From: a virus
Lineage: Duplodnaviria; Caudoviricetes
IMG/VR virus record: IMGVR_UViG_3300025606_000021
Span: 1-24,123 of that record
Reading direction: 5' to 3' (one strand)
Length of the DNA: 24,123 nt
Shown: positions 15,808-24,123 of the stretch, in pieces
Numbering within the stretch: position 1 is the first letter of the stretch
Layout: each line of letters opens with the position of its first letter
The notes under the pieces: generated by a model
What the model was told of the DNA's origin: nothing
The model's database searches: none
What the model saw: the letters and a program-made list of their open reading frames with translations, nothing else
Position numbers and translations under genes: made by a program

Positions 15808-16002
15808 ATGGCATTAGTTACCACAACCAAAGGCGACATGGACGAATCCCTCTTGGAAAAGAGAGAAGGGTCTGTTGACAACGATATTGAGTTCACAACT
15901 TGGACTGAATACTGGTTGGATGGGGAATTAGTCCATCGTTCTGCCCATGTGACTCTTAAAACTTCACCTCTTTCCCTTTTAGAAGGCGCTACTTTAGGAT
16001 AA
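15808..16002 (+). CDS. Small hypothetical protein (64 aa)
   Basis: RBS AAGGAG; TTKG.MD.SLL.K, W.EYWLDGELVHRS. Confidence 0.75.
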   Translation: MALVTTTKGDMDESLLEKREGSVDNDIEFTTWTEYWLDGELVHRSAHVTLKTSPLSLLEGATLG

Positions 16003-16005
16003 ATT

Positions 16006-16485
16006 ATGGCTAATACTCAATCAATGTGCACATCATTCTTAGGCGAAGTCCTAAGCGGTGTACATAACTTTGCATCAAACAACCCTGCTCGTTCAGCTAG
16101 TACAGCCGATACGTTTAAAGCTGCTTTGTACCTTGCTTCAGCTACATTGAATGCAAGCACCACAGCTTATAGCGCAACTGGTGAAGTAACAGGAACTGGA
16201 TATAGCGCTGGTGGTGTTACTGTAACAAACGCAACCAACCCTACATCTACTAATACCTCAACCACTGCGGGAACAGGCTATTGGACACCTTCTGCAAGCA
16301 TCGTTTACACAAGCGTAACGCTATCAACTGCGTTTGACACCATGTTGTTATATAACTCAAGCCAATCTAACAAGGCTGTTGCGGTATATACATTTGGTTC
16401 ACAGACGATTACGGCTGGTAACTTTACGTTAACAATGCCTTCAAACGCTGCTGCGACTGCTTTATTGCGTCTTGCAACAACCTAA
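16006..16485 (+). CDS. Virion structural protein (tail-associated), paralog of 15384-15794
   Basis: MCTSF..E...H.F, DTFKAALY, TTAY...GEV.GTGY.AGG, LYN, FGS, ALLRL. Confidence 0.7.
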   Translation: MANTQSMCTSFLGEVLSGVHNFASNNPARSASTADTFKAALYLASATLNASTTAYSATGEVTGTGYSAGGVTVTNATNPTSTNTSTTAGTGYWTPSASIVYTSVTLSTAFDTMLLYNSSQSNKAVAVYTFGSQTITAGNFTLTMPSNAAATALLRLATT

Positions 16486-16497
16486 TCGGGGGCTTGA

Positions 16498-17511
16498 ATG
16501 TCCCTCGGCTGGGGTGATGGAGCGTGGGGCAGTAACGGCTGGGGAGGAACGCTTGAGCTAACAGGAGTTAGCGCAGACGGTCAGTTAGGAAATGAAGTAC
16601 CCAATGTCATTATTGCCCTTAGTGGCGTTGGTGCAGTAGGCAACGTTGGAACAGTCACGCCTAGTGAGTCCACTGGCGAGACAGGCGACATTGCTTATGG
16701 ATTTACAGGTACTGCGGTAGCAAATATCGCTGTTGCGTTGACAGGAGTTAGCGCAGCGGGAACAGTTGGAACAGTAAGTGTAAGCAAGGACGTTGCTCTT
16801 AACGGTGTCTTGGCTAGTGGATTTGCTGGAACAGTCGTTCCTAATTCATCTATAGCTGAGACCAGCGACATAGCATACGGATTTACAGGAACTACAGGTG
16901 TTAGCGTATCTGTAGCGCTAACTAGTGTCAGTGCTGCTGGATTGACTGGCACAGTATCAACTAGTAAATCTGTTGAGCTATCTGGTGTTGTTGCTTATGG
17001 ATTTGAGGGTACAGAGACACCAAACATCTCTGTGGCTTTGACAGGGGTCTTAGCTACTGGTAGTGTTGGTTCTGTAGAGGCTGGTAAGGATGCTGCTTTA
17101 ACTAGCGTTCTTGCTTCAGGATTATTAGGTACGGCTGTTTCTAATATTGAAATAGCCATATCAGGTGTAGGTGGTGTTGGTTCAGTAGGAAGTGTAGCGG
17201 TTGGAATAGCTCCAGCGTTAACTTCAGTACTGGCTAGAGGTTTTGTTGGTGATATTGCTCCCGGCAAGTCAACAACTATCTCTGGGGTATCAGCATCAGG
17301 ATTAACGGGAACTGTTGTACCAGAACAAAGCATAGCCATAACAGGTGTACAGGCAAGTGGAATTCTGGGGCAGCTTGGATATTATTATTGGAGTGTTATT
17401 GACGATGATGAAAATGCAAACTGGACGATTATCAGTGATAACACGTCAGATGCATGGTCTCTAATCGATGACGATGAAGTTACAAACTGGACAGAAATAA
17501 CAACGGTATAG
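16498..17511 (+). CDS. Repeat-built fibre-like virion protein
   Basis: N-terminal WGxxxWGxxxWG, ~20-21-aa VxLTGVxAxGxxGT repeats, C-terminal 11-aa WxxIxD repeats. Confidence 0.7.
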   Translation: MSLGWGDGAWGSNGWGGTLELTGVSADGQLGNEVPNVIIALSGVGAVGNVGTVTPSESTGETGDIAYGFTGTAVANIAVALTGVSAAGTVGTVSVSKDVALNGVLASGFAGTVVPNSSIAETSDIAYGFTGTTGVSVSVALTSVSAAGLTGTVSTSKSVELSGVVAYGFEGTETPNISVALTGVLATGSVGSVEAGKDAALTSVLASGLLGTAVSNIEIAISGVGGVGSVGSVAVGIAPALTSVLARGFVGDIAPGKSTTISGVSASGLTGTVVPEQSIAITGVQASGILGQLGYYYWSVIDDDENANWTIISDNTSDAWSLIDDDEVTNWTEITTV

Positions 17512-17518
17512 GAATGCT

Positions 17519-20500
17519 ATGAGCACATATTCAACCAACCTTAAGATTGAACTAATCGGCACTGGAGAACAGGCTGGTACTTGGGGTGTAACAACAGACG
17601 ATAACTTCTCAAACGTATTTGAGCAGTCCATTGTTGGGCGTGTAACCGTACCATTTACCGATGCGGATGTGACTTTAACAGCCACAAACAGCGTTTCTAG
17701 CCAGTCTTTCCGTAACGTATACCTGAACTGTACAGGTACAAATACCGCTTCCCGAAATTTAATTGTTCCTACAATTAATAAGAACTATGTAGTCCAGAAC
17801 AACACTACAGGCGGTTTTAACATTGTTGTTAAGACCACAGCGGGAACAGGAATTACTGTTCCTAATGGATTCTCTTGTGCTGTTTATGCTGATGGCACTA
17901 ACGTAATTCAGGCTTCTACCTATTTTCCAGTAGCCACTGTAGGAACATTATCAATTACCAGTTTGACTGTTACTAATGATGCAACTATCCATACATTAAC
18001 TATTGGTGAGGGTGGTGGTTCTGTAGCTACAAATACTGCGCTTGGTTATCAAGCATTAAATGCCAACACTACTGGCACTAATAACGTTGGTGTAGGCTAT
18101 CAACCACTCTTAGTAAACACATTTGGTGCAAATAACATTGCAATGGGTTCTGGCACTTTAGCTGCCAATACCACTGGTAATAACAATATTGCTATCGGAT
18201 ATAACGCATTAAATGCAAATATATTTAGCGCTGGAAGCGTAGCAATTGGATATAATGCCCTTGTTGTATCTACCAGCGGTATTAATACTGCTGTTGGTTA
18301 TCAAACATTAAAAGCCAACACTACAGGCACATCTAATACTGCGATTGGATACAGTAACTTAAATTCAAATACCACAGGTGTCAATAACGTTGCTATTGGT
18401 TCAAACGTATTAGCTGCAAATACTTATGGAAATAGTAATATTGCAATTGGTCAAAATACTTTTACCGCAAATACTACAGGCATTTCAAGCGTTGTTGTTG
18501 GTCAAGGTTCTGGAATTAACAACACAATTGGTAGCTATAACACAGTTTTAGGTGGTCAATCACTTAGAGGAAATGTAACTGGTAGTTTTAACATTGCAAT
18601 TGGATACTCTGTATTAAATGCACATACTGGTGACAATTCAATTGGTATTGGTTATCAAGCATTAACTAGAAATACAACAGGTACATCTAATACAGCTATT
18701 GGTACTCTTACGTTATCGTATAACACTTTTGGCACTGGAAACATAGGTGTTGGTGATACTGTACTGTTTTCTAATACTACCGGTGTAAATAATACTGGTG
18801 TTGGTTATGGTTCTTTATATACTAATACTATTGGATACAATAACGTTGGAATTGGAAGTTCAGCTTTATTTAACAATACAATTGGTACAAGTAACGTTGC
18901 TGTTGGTGTTAATGCTTTGTACTTAAATACTACTGGCGCAAATAACGTTGCTTTTGGTCAACAGGCTTTAAACTCTAATACAACTGCTTCTAGTAACTCA
19001 GCTTTTGGATACCAAGCTTTATATGCAAACACTACTGGCACTGCTAACGTAGCTGTTGGTTCTTCTGCATTAGCAGCTAATACTTATGGTAATGGAAATA
19101 CAGCAGTAGGTAACTCAGCGTTAACTACAAACGTAACTGGCTCAAACAATACTGCAATGGGGCAATTAGCTCTACAGCTAAATACTGGAACGTTTAATAA
19201 TGCTTTTGGTTATGCAGCCTTACAAAATAATTCTTCTGCAAGTTATAACAACGCTTTTGGCTGGCTGGCTTTAAATGCTAATACAACTGGTCAATATAAC
19301 ACCGCTGTTGGACATGAATCATTGAGATTAAGCTCCACTGGAACGTATAACACCGCAGTAGGTTATCAAGCTCTTTACAACCAAATTGGTGCATCAATAA
19401 ATACCGCATTTGGTGCGCAAGCTGGATTTAATTTAACAACAGGTGCAAACAACGTAGCTGTTGGTTATTTATCCATGCAAAACGCTACAAGAGGTTCGGA
19501 TAACACTGCTGTAGGGTTTTATTCAATGGGGTTGGGTATTGTAACTGGCAATTCAAACGTTGCAATTGGTAGACAGTCAGTATGGAATTTAACATCTGGT
19601 TCAGATAATATTGGTATTGGTCTTTATGCTTTATTAACCAATACCACAGGTTCAAATAATGTGGGTTTGGGAACCCAAGCACTTTACTCTAACACCACTG
19701 GTGCATCGAATACCGCAGTAGGTTATCAAGCTGGGTATAGTAATACTATTGGTCTGGCAAATGTTTATTTAGGTGCTCTTGCTGGATATTCAGGTGTATC
19801 AGCGCTTGGTATTACTGCAATAGGATATAGAGCTTTATATAACAACACCGCTAACGGAAATGTGGCAGTAGGTTCTGAATGGAATGGCATTGCAAATGCC
19901 GCTTTATATAGCAACACTACAGGACAACAAAATACTTCTGTTGGTGTTGGAACAATGGTAGGAAATACTACAGGTTCTTACAATGCTACTTTTGGTGGTT
20001 TTGCTTTAACAACAAATAGCACAGGAAGCAACAATACAGCACTAGGATACCAATCCCTTAACGCCAATACCACAGCCTCTAACAACACCGCAGTTGGATA
20101 TCAAGCTGGCTATTTAAATACTTTTGGCAACCAAAATGCGTATGTTGGCGCTCAATCTGGTTACTCAAATACCTCTGGTTATAACAACACTGGATTAGGC
20201 TATCAAGCACTTTTCTACAACACCACCACTGTACAAAACACTGCTATTGGTCAGGGTGCATTACAAAACAACATTAACAATAATAATACTGCTGTTGGTG
20301 CTCAATCTGCTTTAGCAAATACCACAGGCTCTGTAGATGCTTTTGGTTTCCAAGCATTGTATAAAAATACTACAGGTGCAGGAAATTCTGCTTTTGGTAA
20401 TACTGCAATGTTTAATAACACCACTGGTAGTTATAACGTTGCTTTTGGTTTGGCTGCTTTATTTAATAACACCACCGTTAATGATAACGTTGCGGTTGGT

Positions 20501-21781
20501 GTAGAGGCAATGTATGGAAATACATTTGGTACAGGAAATACAGCATTAGGTCGTGCAGCATTAAAGTCAAACACCACCGCATCAGCTAACACCGCAGTAG
20601 GTTATCAAGCTCTTTACAGTAATACTATAGCTACTGTTAATACAGCATTAGGTTATCAAGCAGGACTTTCTAATACAACAGGCTCATCCAATGTTTTCTT
20701 AGGACATCAATCTGGTTATACAAACACAACAGGTAACTCTGTAACTTATATTGGTAGATTGGCTGGATTTACTGCTAATTCAAGCAGCGGTACATTTGTA
20801 GGTTACGGTGCTGGTTATAACTCTACAGGGTCAAACAATACTTTTGTAGGAGCTTATGGAGCTTCTGGTGCTTGTGGTGAATTCATGACTACAGGCGCTA
20901 AGAACACCATCCTTGGTGGCTACAACGGCAATCAAGGCGGTCTAGACATCCGTACATCAAGTAACTACATTGTGTTATCTGATGGTGATGGTAATCCTAG
21001 AATTATTAGTGACAGTAGTGGTAATGTAAATATTGGTACTGTTACAAGCATAGGAAAACTAACAGTAAGTGCCCCTAATTCTAGTTATAAAATTGTTGCT
21101 GCTAATGCAACGGATGGAGCTTGGTCTGAAATTCAGTGCCAAGCAGGAGCTTCAGGTCAAGTTCAGGCTCAAATGTTTGCACAAGAACAAGGGGCAACTT
21201 CTTATGTAAAAATAGGTTCTAGGACAAGTCATTACCTTGCTCTAACTACAGCCGATACAGAACGGATGCGTATTGACTCTAGTGGTCGAGTGTTAGTAAA
21301 TGCTACTTCAATTATTGGTTCTGATACTGCACCATTTCAAGTTACTGGTGGTTCTGTAACTGCAATTACTGTAAAAGGTGGTTCTAATAACTATTTTGAA
21401 GCGTTTTACAATACAAGCAGCACTTTAATTGGTTCTATTACTGGTTCTAACGGCTCTACTACTGCATACAACACAACTTCTGACTATCGATTAAAAGAAA
21501 ATGTTGCACCGATGACAGGTGCTTTAGCTAAAGTTCAAGCATTAAAGCCAGTTACTTATACATGGAAAGCCACAGGCGAAGAATCACAAGGATTTATTGC
21601 CCATGAATTAGCTGAGATTGTGCCTGATTGCGTAACTGGTGAAAAAGATGCTGTTGATGCTGATGGTAATATTAAACCACAAGGTATTGATACTTCATTC
21701 TTAGTAGCTACTCTAACTGCTGCAATTCAAGAACTTAAAGCAGAAGTAGATTCCCTTAAACAACAATTAGCGAGTAAATAA
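17519..21781 (+). CDS. Long tail fibre/spike with NTTGxxNTAVGYQAL repeats and C-terminal intramolecular chaperone (peptidase S74)
   Basis: Dozens of ~14/28-aa N/T/G-rich repeats; ERMRIDSSG; autocleavage signature TSDYRLKENV followed by GFIAHEL and a terminal coiled coil. Confidence 0.85.
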   Translation: MSTYSTNLKIELIGTGEQAGTWGVTTDDNFSNVFEQSIVGRVTVPFTDADVTLTATNSVSSQSFRNVYLNCTGTNTASRNLIVPTINKNYVVQNNTTGGFNIVVKTTAGTGITVPNGFSCAVYADGTNVIQASTYFPVATVGTLSITSLTVTNDATIHTLTIGEGGGSVATNTALGYQALNANTTGTNNVGVGYQPLLVNTFGANNIAMGSGTLAANTTGNNNIAIGYNALNANIFSAGSVAIGYNALVVSTSGINTAVGYQTLKANTTGTSNTAIGYSNLNSNTTGVNNVAIGSNVLAANTYGNSNIAIGQNTFTANTTGISSVVVGQGSGINNTIGSYNTVLGGQSLRGNVTGSFNIAIGYSVLNAHTGDNSIGIGYQALTRNTTGTSNTAIGTLTLSYNTFGTGNIGVGDTVLFSNTTGVNNTGVGYGSLYTNTIGYNNVGIGSSALFNNTIGTSNVAVGVNALYLNTTGANNVAFGQQALNSNTTASSNSAFGYQALYANTTGTANVAVGSSALAANTYGNGNTAVGNSALTTNVTGSNNTAMGQLALQLNTGTFNNAFGYAALQNNSSASYNNAFGWLALNANTTGQYNTAVGHESLRLSSTGTYNTAVGYQALYNQIGASINTAFGAQAGFNLTTGANNVAVGYLSMQNATRGSDNTAVGFYSMGLGIVTGNSNVAIGRQSVWNLTSGSDNIGIGLYALLTNTTGSNNVGLGTQALYSNTTGASNTAVGYQAGYSNTIGLANVYLGALAGYSGVSALGITAIGYRALYNNTANGNVAVGSEWNGIANAALYSNTTGQQNTSVGVGTMVGNTTGSYNATFGGFALTTNSTGSNNTALGYQSLNANTTASNNTAVGYQAGYLNTFGNQNAYVGAQSGYSNTSGYNNTGLGYQALFYNTTTVQNTAIGQGALQNNINNNNTAVGAQSALANTTGSVDAFGFQALYKNTTGAGNSAFGNTAMFNNTTGSYNVAFGLAALFNNTTVNDNVAVGVEAMYGNTFGTGNTALGRAALKSNTTASANTAVGYQALYSNTIATVNTALGYQAGLSNTTGSSNVFLGHQSGYTNTTGNSVTYIGRLAGFTANSSSGTFVGYGAGYNSTGSNNTFVGAYGASGACGEFMTTGAKNTILGGYNGNQGGLDIRTSSNYIVLSDGDGNPRIISDSSGNVNIGTVTSIGKLTVSAPNSSYKIVAANATDGAWSEIQCQAGASGQVQAQMFAQEQGATSYVKIGSRTSHYLALTTADTERMRIDSSGRVLVNATSIIGSDTAPFQVTGGSVTAITVKGGSNNYFEAFYNTSSTLIGSITGSNGSTTAYNTTSDYRLKENVAPMTGALAKVQALKPVTYTWKATGEESQGFIAHELAEIVPDCVTGEKDAVDADGNIKPQGIDTSFLVATLTAAIQELKAEVDSLKQQLASK
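19348..20618 (+). repeat. Exact 32-bp direct repeat within the tail fibre gene
   Basis: TAACACCGCAGTAGGTTATCAAGCTCTTTACA at 19348-19379 and 20587-20618; 21-bp core also at 19712-19732. Confidence 0.8.
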
Positions 21782-22062
21782 TGACTGACATAATTGAATC
21801 AGTAATGCCCGTAATTGAAATGCCAGTAATGCCACCTCCATCGGCAGAACAGATTGCCCAGAACTACAAGGCAATGGGTGACTCTGTTGACCTGATTAAC
21901 CAATATGTAGCTGGCAACTTTCCAGAAGGCATGAAGCCAGAAGAAGTGGCTGATGCTATTGGTCGTAACGTAGGTCACTTAGAACTCATGGTAGCTAAAG
22001 ACTACTGGACTAATGAGGATATGACCGCAGTTAATGCCGCTATTGCCGCTGGTAAAAAGTGA
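21781..22062 (+). CDS. Tail fibre-associated small protein
   Basis: EQIAQ.Y.AMGDSV.LIN...RNV.HLE.M.AK..WT.EDM; TAATG coupling to the fibre gene. Confidence 0.7.
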   Translation: MTDIIESVMPVIEMPVMPPPSAEQIAQNYKAMGDSVDLINQYVAGNFPEGMKPEEVADAIGRNVGHLELMVAKDYWTNEDMTAVNAAIAAGKK

Positions 22063-22661
22063 TTCCAATAGTCGTATGCACAATAGGTTCTCCTAGCCTT
22101 GCTGTATTTGAGGCTAGTGTTAGAACTTATGTGCCTGATGTGGAATTATTCATTAGCCGTAATCGTGGGTCTAACTTCGGGGAAGCCTACAACATTGCGG
22201 TTAATGAAGCGTTTAAACGATTTGATGAAATTATCGTAGCTAACGATGACATAGTATTAACCCCTACTAGCTATTCCAAGTTATTAGAAGATGTTGAACA
22301 TTTAAAACGATTTAATCAACTTGGTTGGGTTGTTGCTCGTTCTGATGAAGTCCGTCCTTTGCAGCAAGGTAAAGGCGATGTCTTTGAAGTGCCTGTTGTA
22401 TCCCCGCTTTTTGGCTATGTAAGCAAGCAAGCATGGGTAGATTTCCCTCCTATTAATTGGTATTCAGACGATATACAATCTATCGATATGAGTGCGAACG
22501 GCTATAGACATTTTGTGTCTAGAAGCTATATCCATCATGTTGGAAGCCAGACTATCGGTCAAGATAATACTAAAAATCATTTAGCCGCAGAGCCTTGGAT
22601 TAAAGATAATCGTCCAGACTTACACGCTATTTGGTTTACACAGGAGAAACAAGTTGCGTAA
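22059..22661 (+). CDS. GT2-like glycosyltransferase
   Basis: IVVCT, NFGEAYN, IIVANDDIVL, WYSDD, YIHHVGSQT; GTGA overlap. Confidence 0.75.
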   Translation: MIPIVVCTIGSPSLAVFEASVRTYVPDVELFISRNRGSNFGEAYNIAVNEAFKRFDEIIVANDDIVLTPTSYSKLLEDVEHLKRFNQLGWVVARSDEVRPLQQGKGDVFEVPVVSPLFGYVSKQAWVDFPPINWYSDDIQSIDMSANGYRHFVSRSYIHHVGSQTIGQDNTKNHLAAEPWIKDNRPDLHAIWFTQEKQVA

Positions 22662-23319
22662 AGTTCTAATAGGCACACCAGCCCATGATGGCAGAGTAGA
22701 CGTTTGGTACTGCAATTCCTTAGTCAATACGATTAAGATTTCACACCACTTCAATACCGTCATTCACCCAGTCTATATGTCTTATGACAGTCTGGTTCAG
22801 AGGGCTAGGAATGATTTGGTGCGGTTAGCTTTAGAAGAGAAGTTTGATGACTTAATCTTTATGGATTCCGACCAAGAATGGAATCCAGAGTGGATATTTA
22901 AGCTTCTAGAGTACAAAGAAGATGTAATTGGCGGAACAGTTGTTAAGAAGGCTGATACCCCACTATTTAATGTTAAAGCCCTTAAATCAGGTCTAAAGCT
23001 GGAAAAGAATGGACTAATGGAAGTAGAAGCCATTGGTACAGGATTCATGAAAATTTCCCGTAGAGCCTTGGAAAAGGTATGGGATATAAGCGAAGAGTAT
23101 GTAAATGAAGGCAAGAAATGCCGCATGGTATTCGATGTCCAGTTGGTTGATGGCGAACTGGTCAGCGAGGACAATGTGTTCTGTCGGAAGTGGAGAAAGC
23201 TAGGCGAAAAAGTCTATATTGACCCATCCATGACATGTAACCACATTGGCGCAAAGAAGTATTCTGGCAACTTCCTAGCGTTTTTAAAACAAGCCAATAT
23301 ACCAATCGAAAGGAAATGA
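22654..23319 (+). CDS. GT-A fold glycosyltransferase-like protein (same family as 9472-10242)
   Basis: VLIGTPA, RARN, LIFMDSD, GTGFMKI.R, SEDNVFC, VYIDP...HIG; TTG start after AGGAG. Confidence 0.8.
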   Translation: MRKVLIGTPAHDGRVDVWYCNSLVNTIKISHHFNTVIHPVYMSYDSLVQRARNDLVRLALEEKFDDLIFMDSDQEWNPEWIFKLLEYKEDVIGGTVVKKADTPLFNVKALKSGLKLEKNGLMEVEAIGTGFMKISRRALEKVWDISEEYVNEGKKCRMVFDVQLVDGELVSEDNVFCRKWRKLGEKVYIDPSMTCNHIGAKKYSGNFLAFLKQANIPIERK

Positions 23320-23320
23320 C

Positions 23321-23563
23321 ATGGGACAAGATAAAAAGACCCCCATTACCATTAACGGTAAAGAGTACATGTTTGAAGATTTAGAAGACAACCAAAAGGC
23401 TTTATTCAACCATTGCGTTGATTTAGAGCGCAAGATTGGTTCAGCACAGTTCAACCTTGACCAGCTTAATGTTGGCAAACAAGCGTTTTTAAACATGCTA
23501 GAGCAATCTTTAGCGCATGAGCCTGAAGTTGAGGTAATGCCAGCAGAGGCAGTAGTCCAATAA
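23321..23563 (+). CDS. Small coiled-coil phage protein
   Basis: ITINGKEY..EDL...QK....H..DL.RK; RBS AAGGA. Confidence 0.7.
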   Translation: MGQDKKTPITINGKEYMFEDLEDNQKALFNHCVDLERKIGSAQFNLDQLNVGKQAFLNMLEQSLAHEPEVEVMPAEAVVQ

Positions 23564-24111
23564 TGATTTATCTTTGGTACGTAATCCTCGTCCCCGTATC
23601 GCTATTACTAACCCTAATAGCGGTGATTCTTGCGCCTGTATTCCCAGTTTTTGCTACACAGCAAATGGGTTGGTGCGATAACCATAGCTACGAGGCGGTA
23701 GGACCACGTCTACCAAAGTGGTTAAGTTGGTTCATGACTCCAGATAACTCGTTGGATGGAGACGCTACATTTGAGCGTTTAAACCCACCGTCTTACTGGA
23801 GTCAGGTTAAATGGCTGTGGAGAAATCCAGCCTATTCTTTTGCGCTGCGGTATATATCAGTGCCATATATCACGTCAGTAAAGGGTGACAAGACAATTAA
23901 GGACAATGACAATGCAAAAGCGGGCTGGTGTTTGGTTCACGCTAATGGATTATTTCAATTTGTGTTTATTACCCCTATTGGTTTTAGTCGCTGTATTTAT
24001 GTTAATTTGGGGTGGAATATTAGGGGTTTGGTTGATGATAACGTCATGCCTAAACCGTTGGAATGGCAAGCAACGTTCGTATTTTCACCGAGGATAAGTG
24101 GATTTAGATGA
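23563..24111 (+). CDS. Membrane-anchored Trp-rich hypothetical protein
   Basis: N-terminal TM segment; LPKWL.WF.TPDNSLDGD, WLWRNPAY and LGW motifs. Confidence 0.7.
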   Translation: MIYLWYVILVPVSLLLTLIAVILAPVFPVFATQQMGWCDNHSYEAVGPRLPKWLSWFMTPDNSLDGDATFERLNPPSYWSQVKWLWRNPAYSFALRYISVPYITSVKGDKTIKDNDNAKAGWCLVHANGLFQFVFITPIGFSRCIYVNLGWNIRGLVDDNVMPKPLEWQATFVFSPRISGFR

Positions 24112-24123
24112 ACTGGCTAACAC
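24108..24123 (+). CDS. Start of next gene (MNWLT..., possibly a holin), truncated
   Basis: ATGA overlap with the previous stop; only five codons are visible, so the product is a guess. Confidence 0.3.

Noticed and set aside
16695-17339. Antisense ORFs with Pro/Thr/Ala repeats
   Set aside because: Mirror images of the repetitive sense gene; no independent expression signals.
17519-21781. Diversity-generating retroelement targeting the tail fibre
   Set aside because: No reverse transcriptase in the window, no TR/VR pair differing only at adenines was seen, and the C-terminus is an S74 chaperone rather than a C-type lectin variable region.
1-24123. Stop-codon reassignment, tRNA genes or an integrase
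   Set aside because: Genes pack tightly under the standard code and use TAA, TGA and TAG as real stops; no cloverleaf or recombinase motifs were seen.

Overview
A 24-kb piece of a tailed dsDNA phage genome, almost all virion morphogenesis genes on the + strand. It resembles widespread aquatic podovirus-like phages, and a PHA-producing betaproteobacterial host is tentatively inferred. Gene order: 5'-truncated portal, GroES-like co-chaperonin, scaffold-like protein, major capsid protein and its terminator, a ~2.8-kb accessory island, Ser/Thr-rich structural proteins, a glycosyltransferase, a cluster of basic proteins sharing xKxGG and DGxAxRGKT motifs, head-tail/tail proteins, a 1420-aa repeat tail fibre with a C-terminal S74-type chaperone, two more glycosyltransferases and the start of a probable lysis region. 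The island (5570-8414) holds the most unusual signals. (i) A 330-bp non-coding tiling of many different operator-like palindromes, possibly a decoy array for host repressors. (ii) A minus-strand run of five tiny ORFs (three missed by the ORF track), one preceded by a PhaR-like box. (iii) Three candidate structured RNAs, including a very symmetric three-way junction with two pseudoknots next to the RBS of a structural gene. All product calls come from motif recognition and gene order; no database searches were run.
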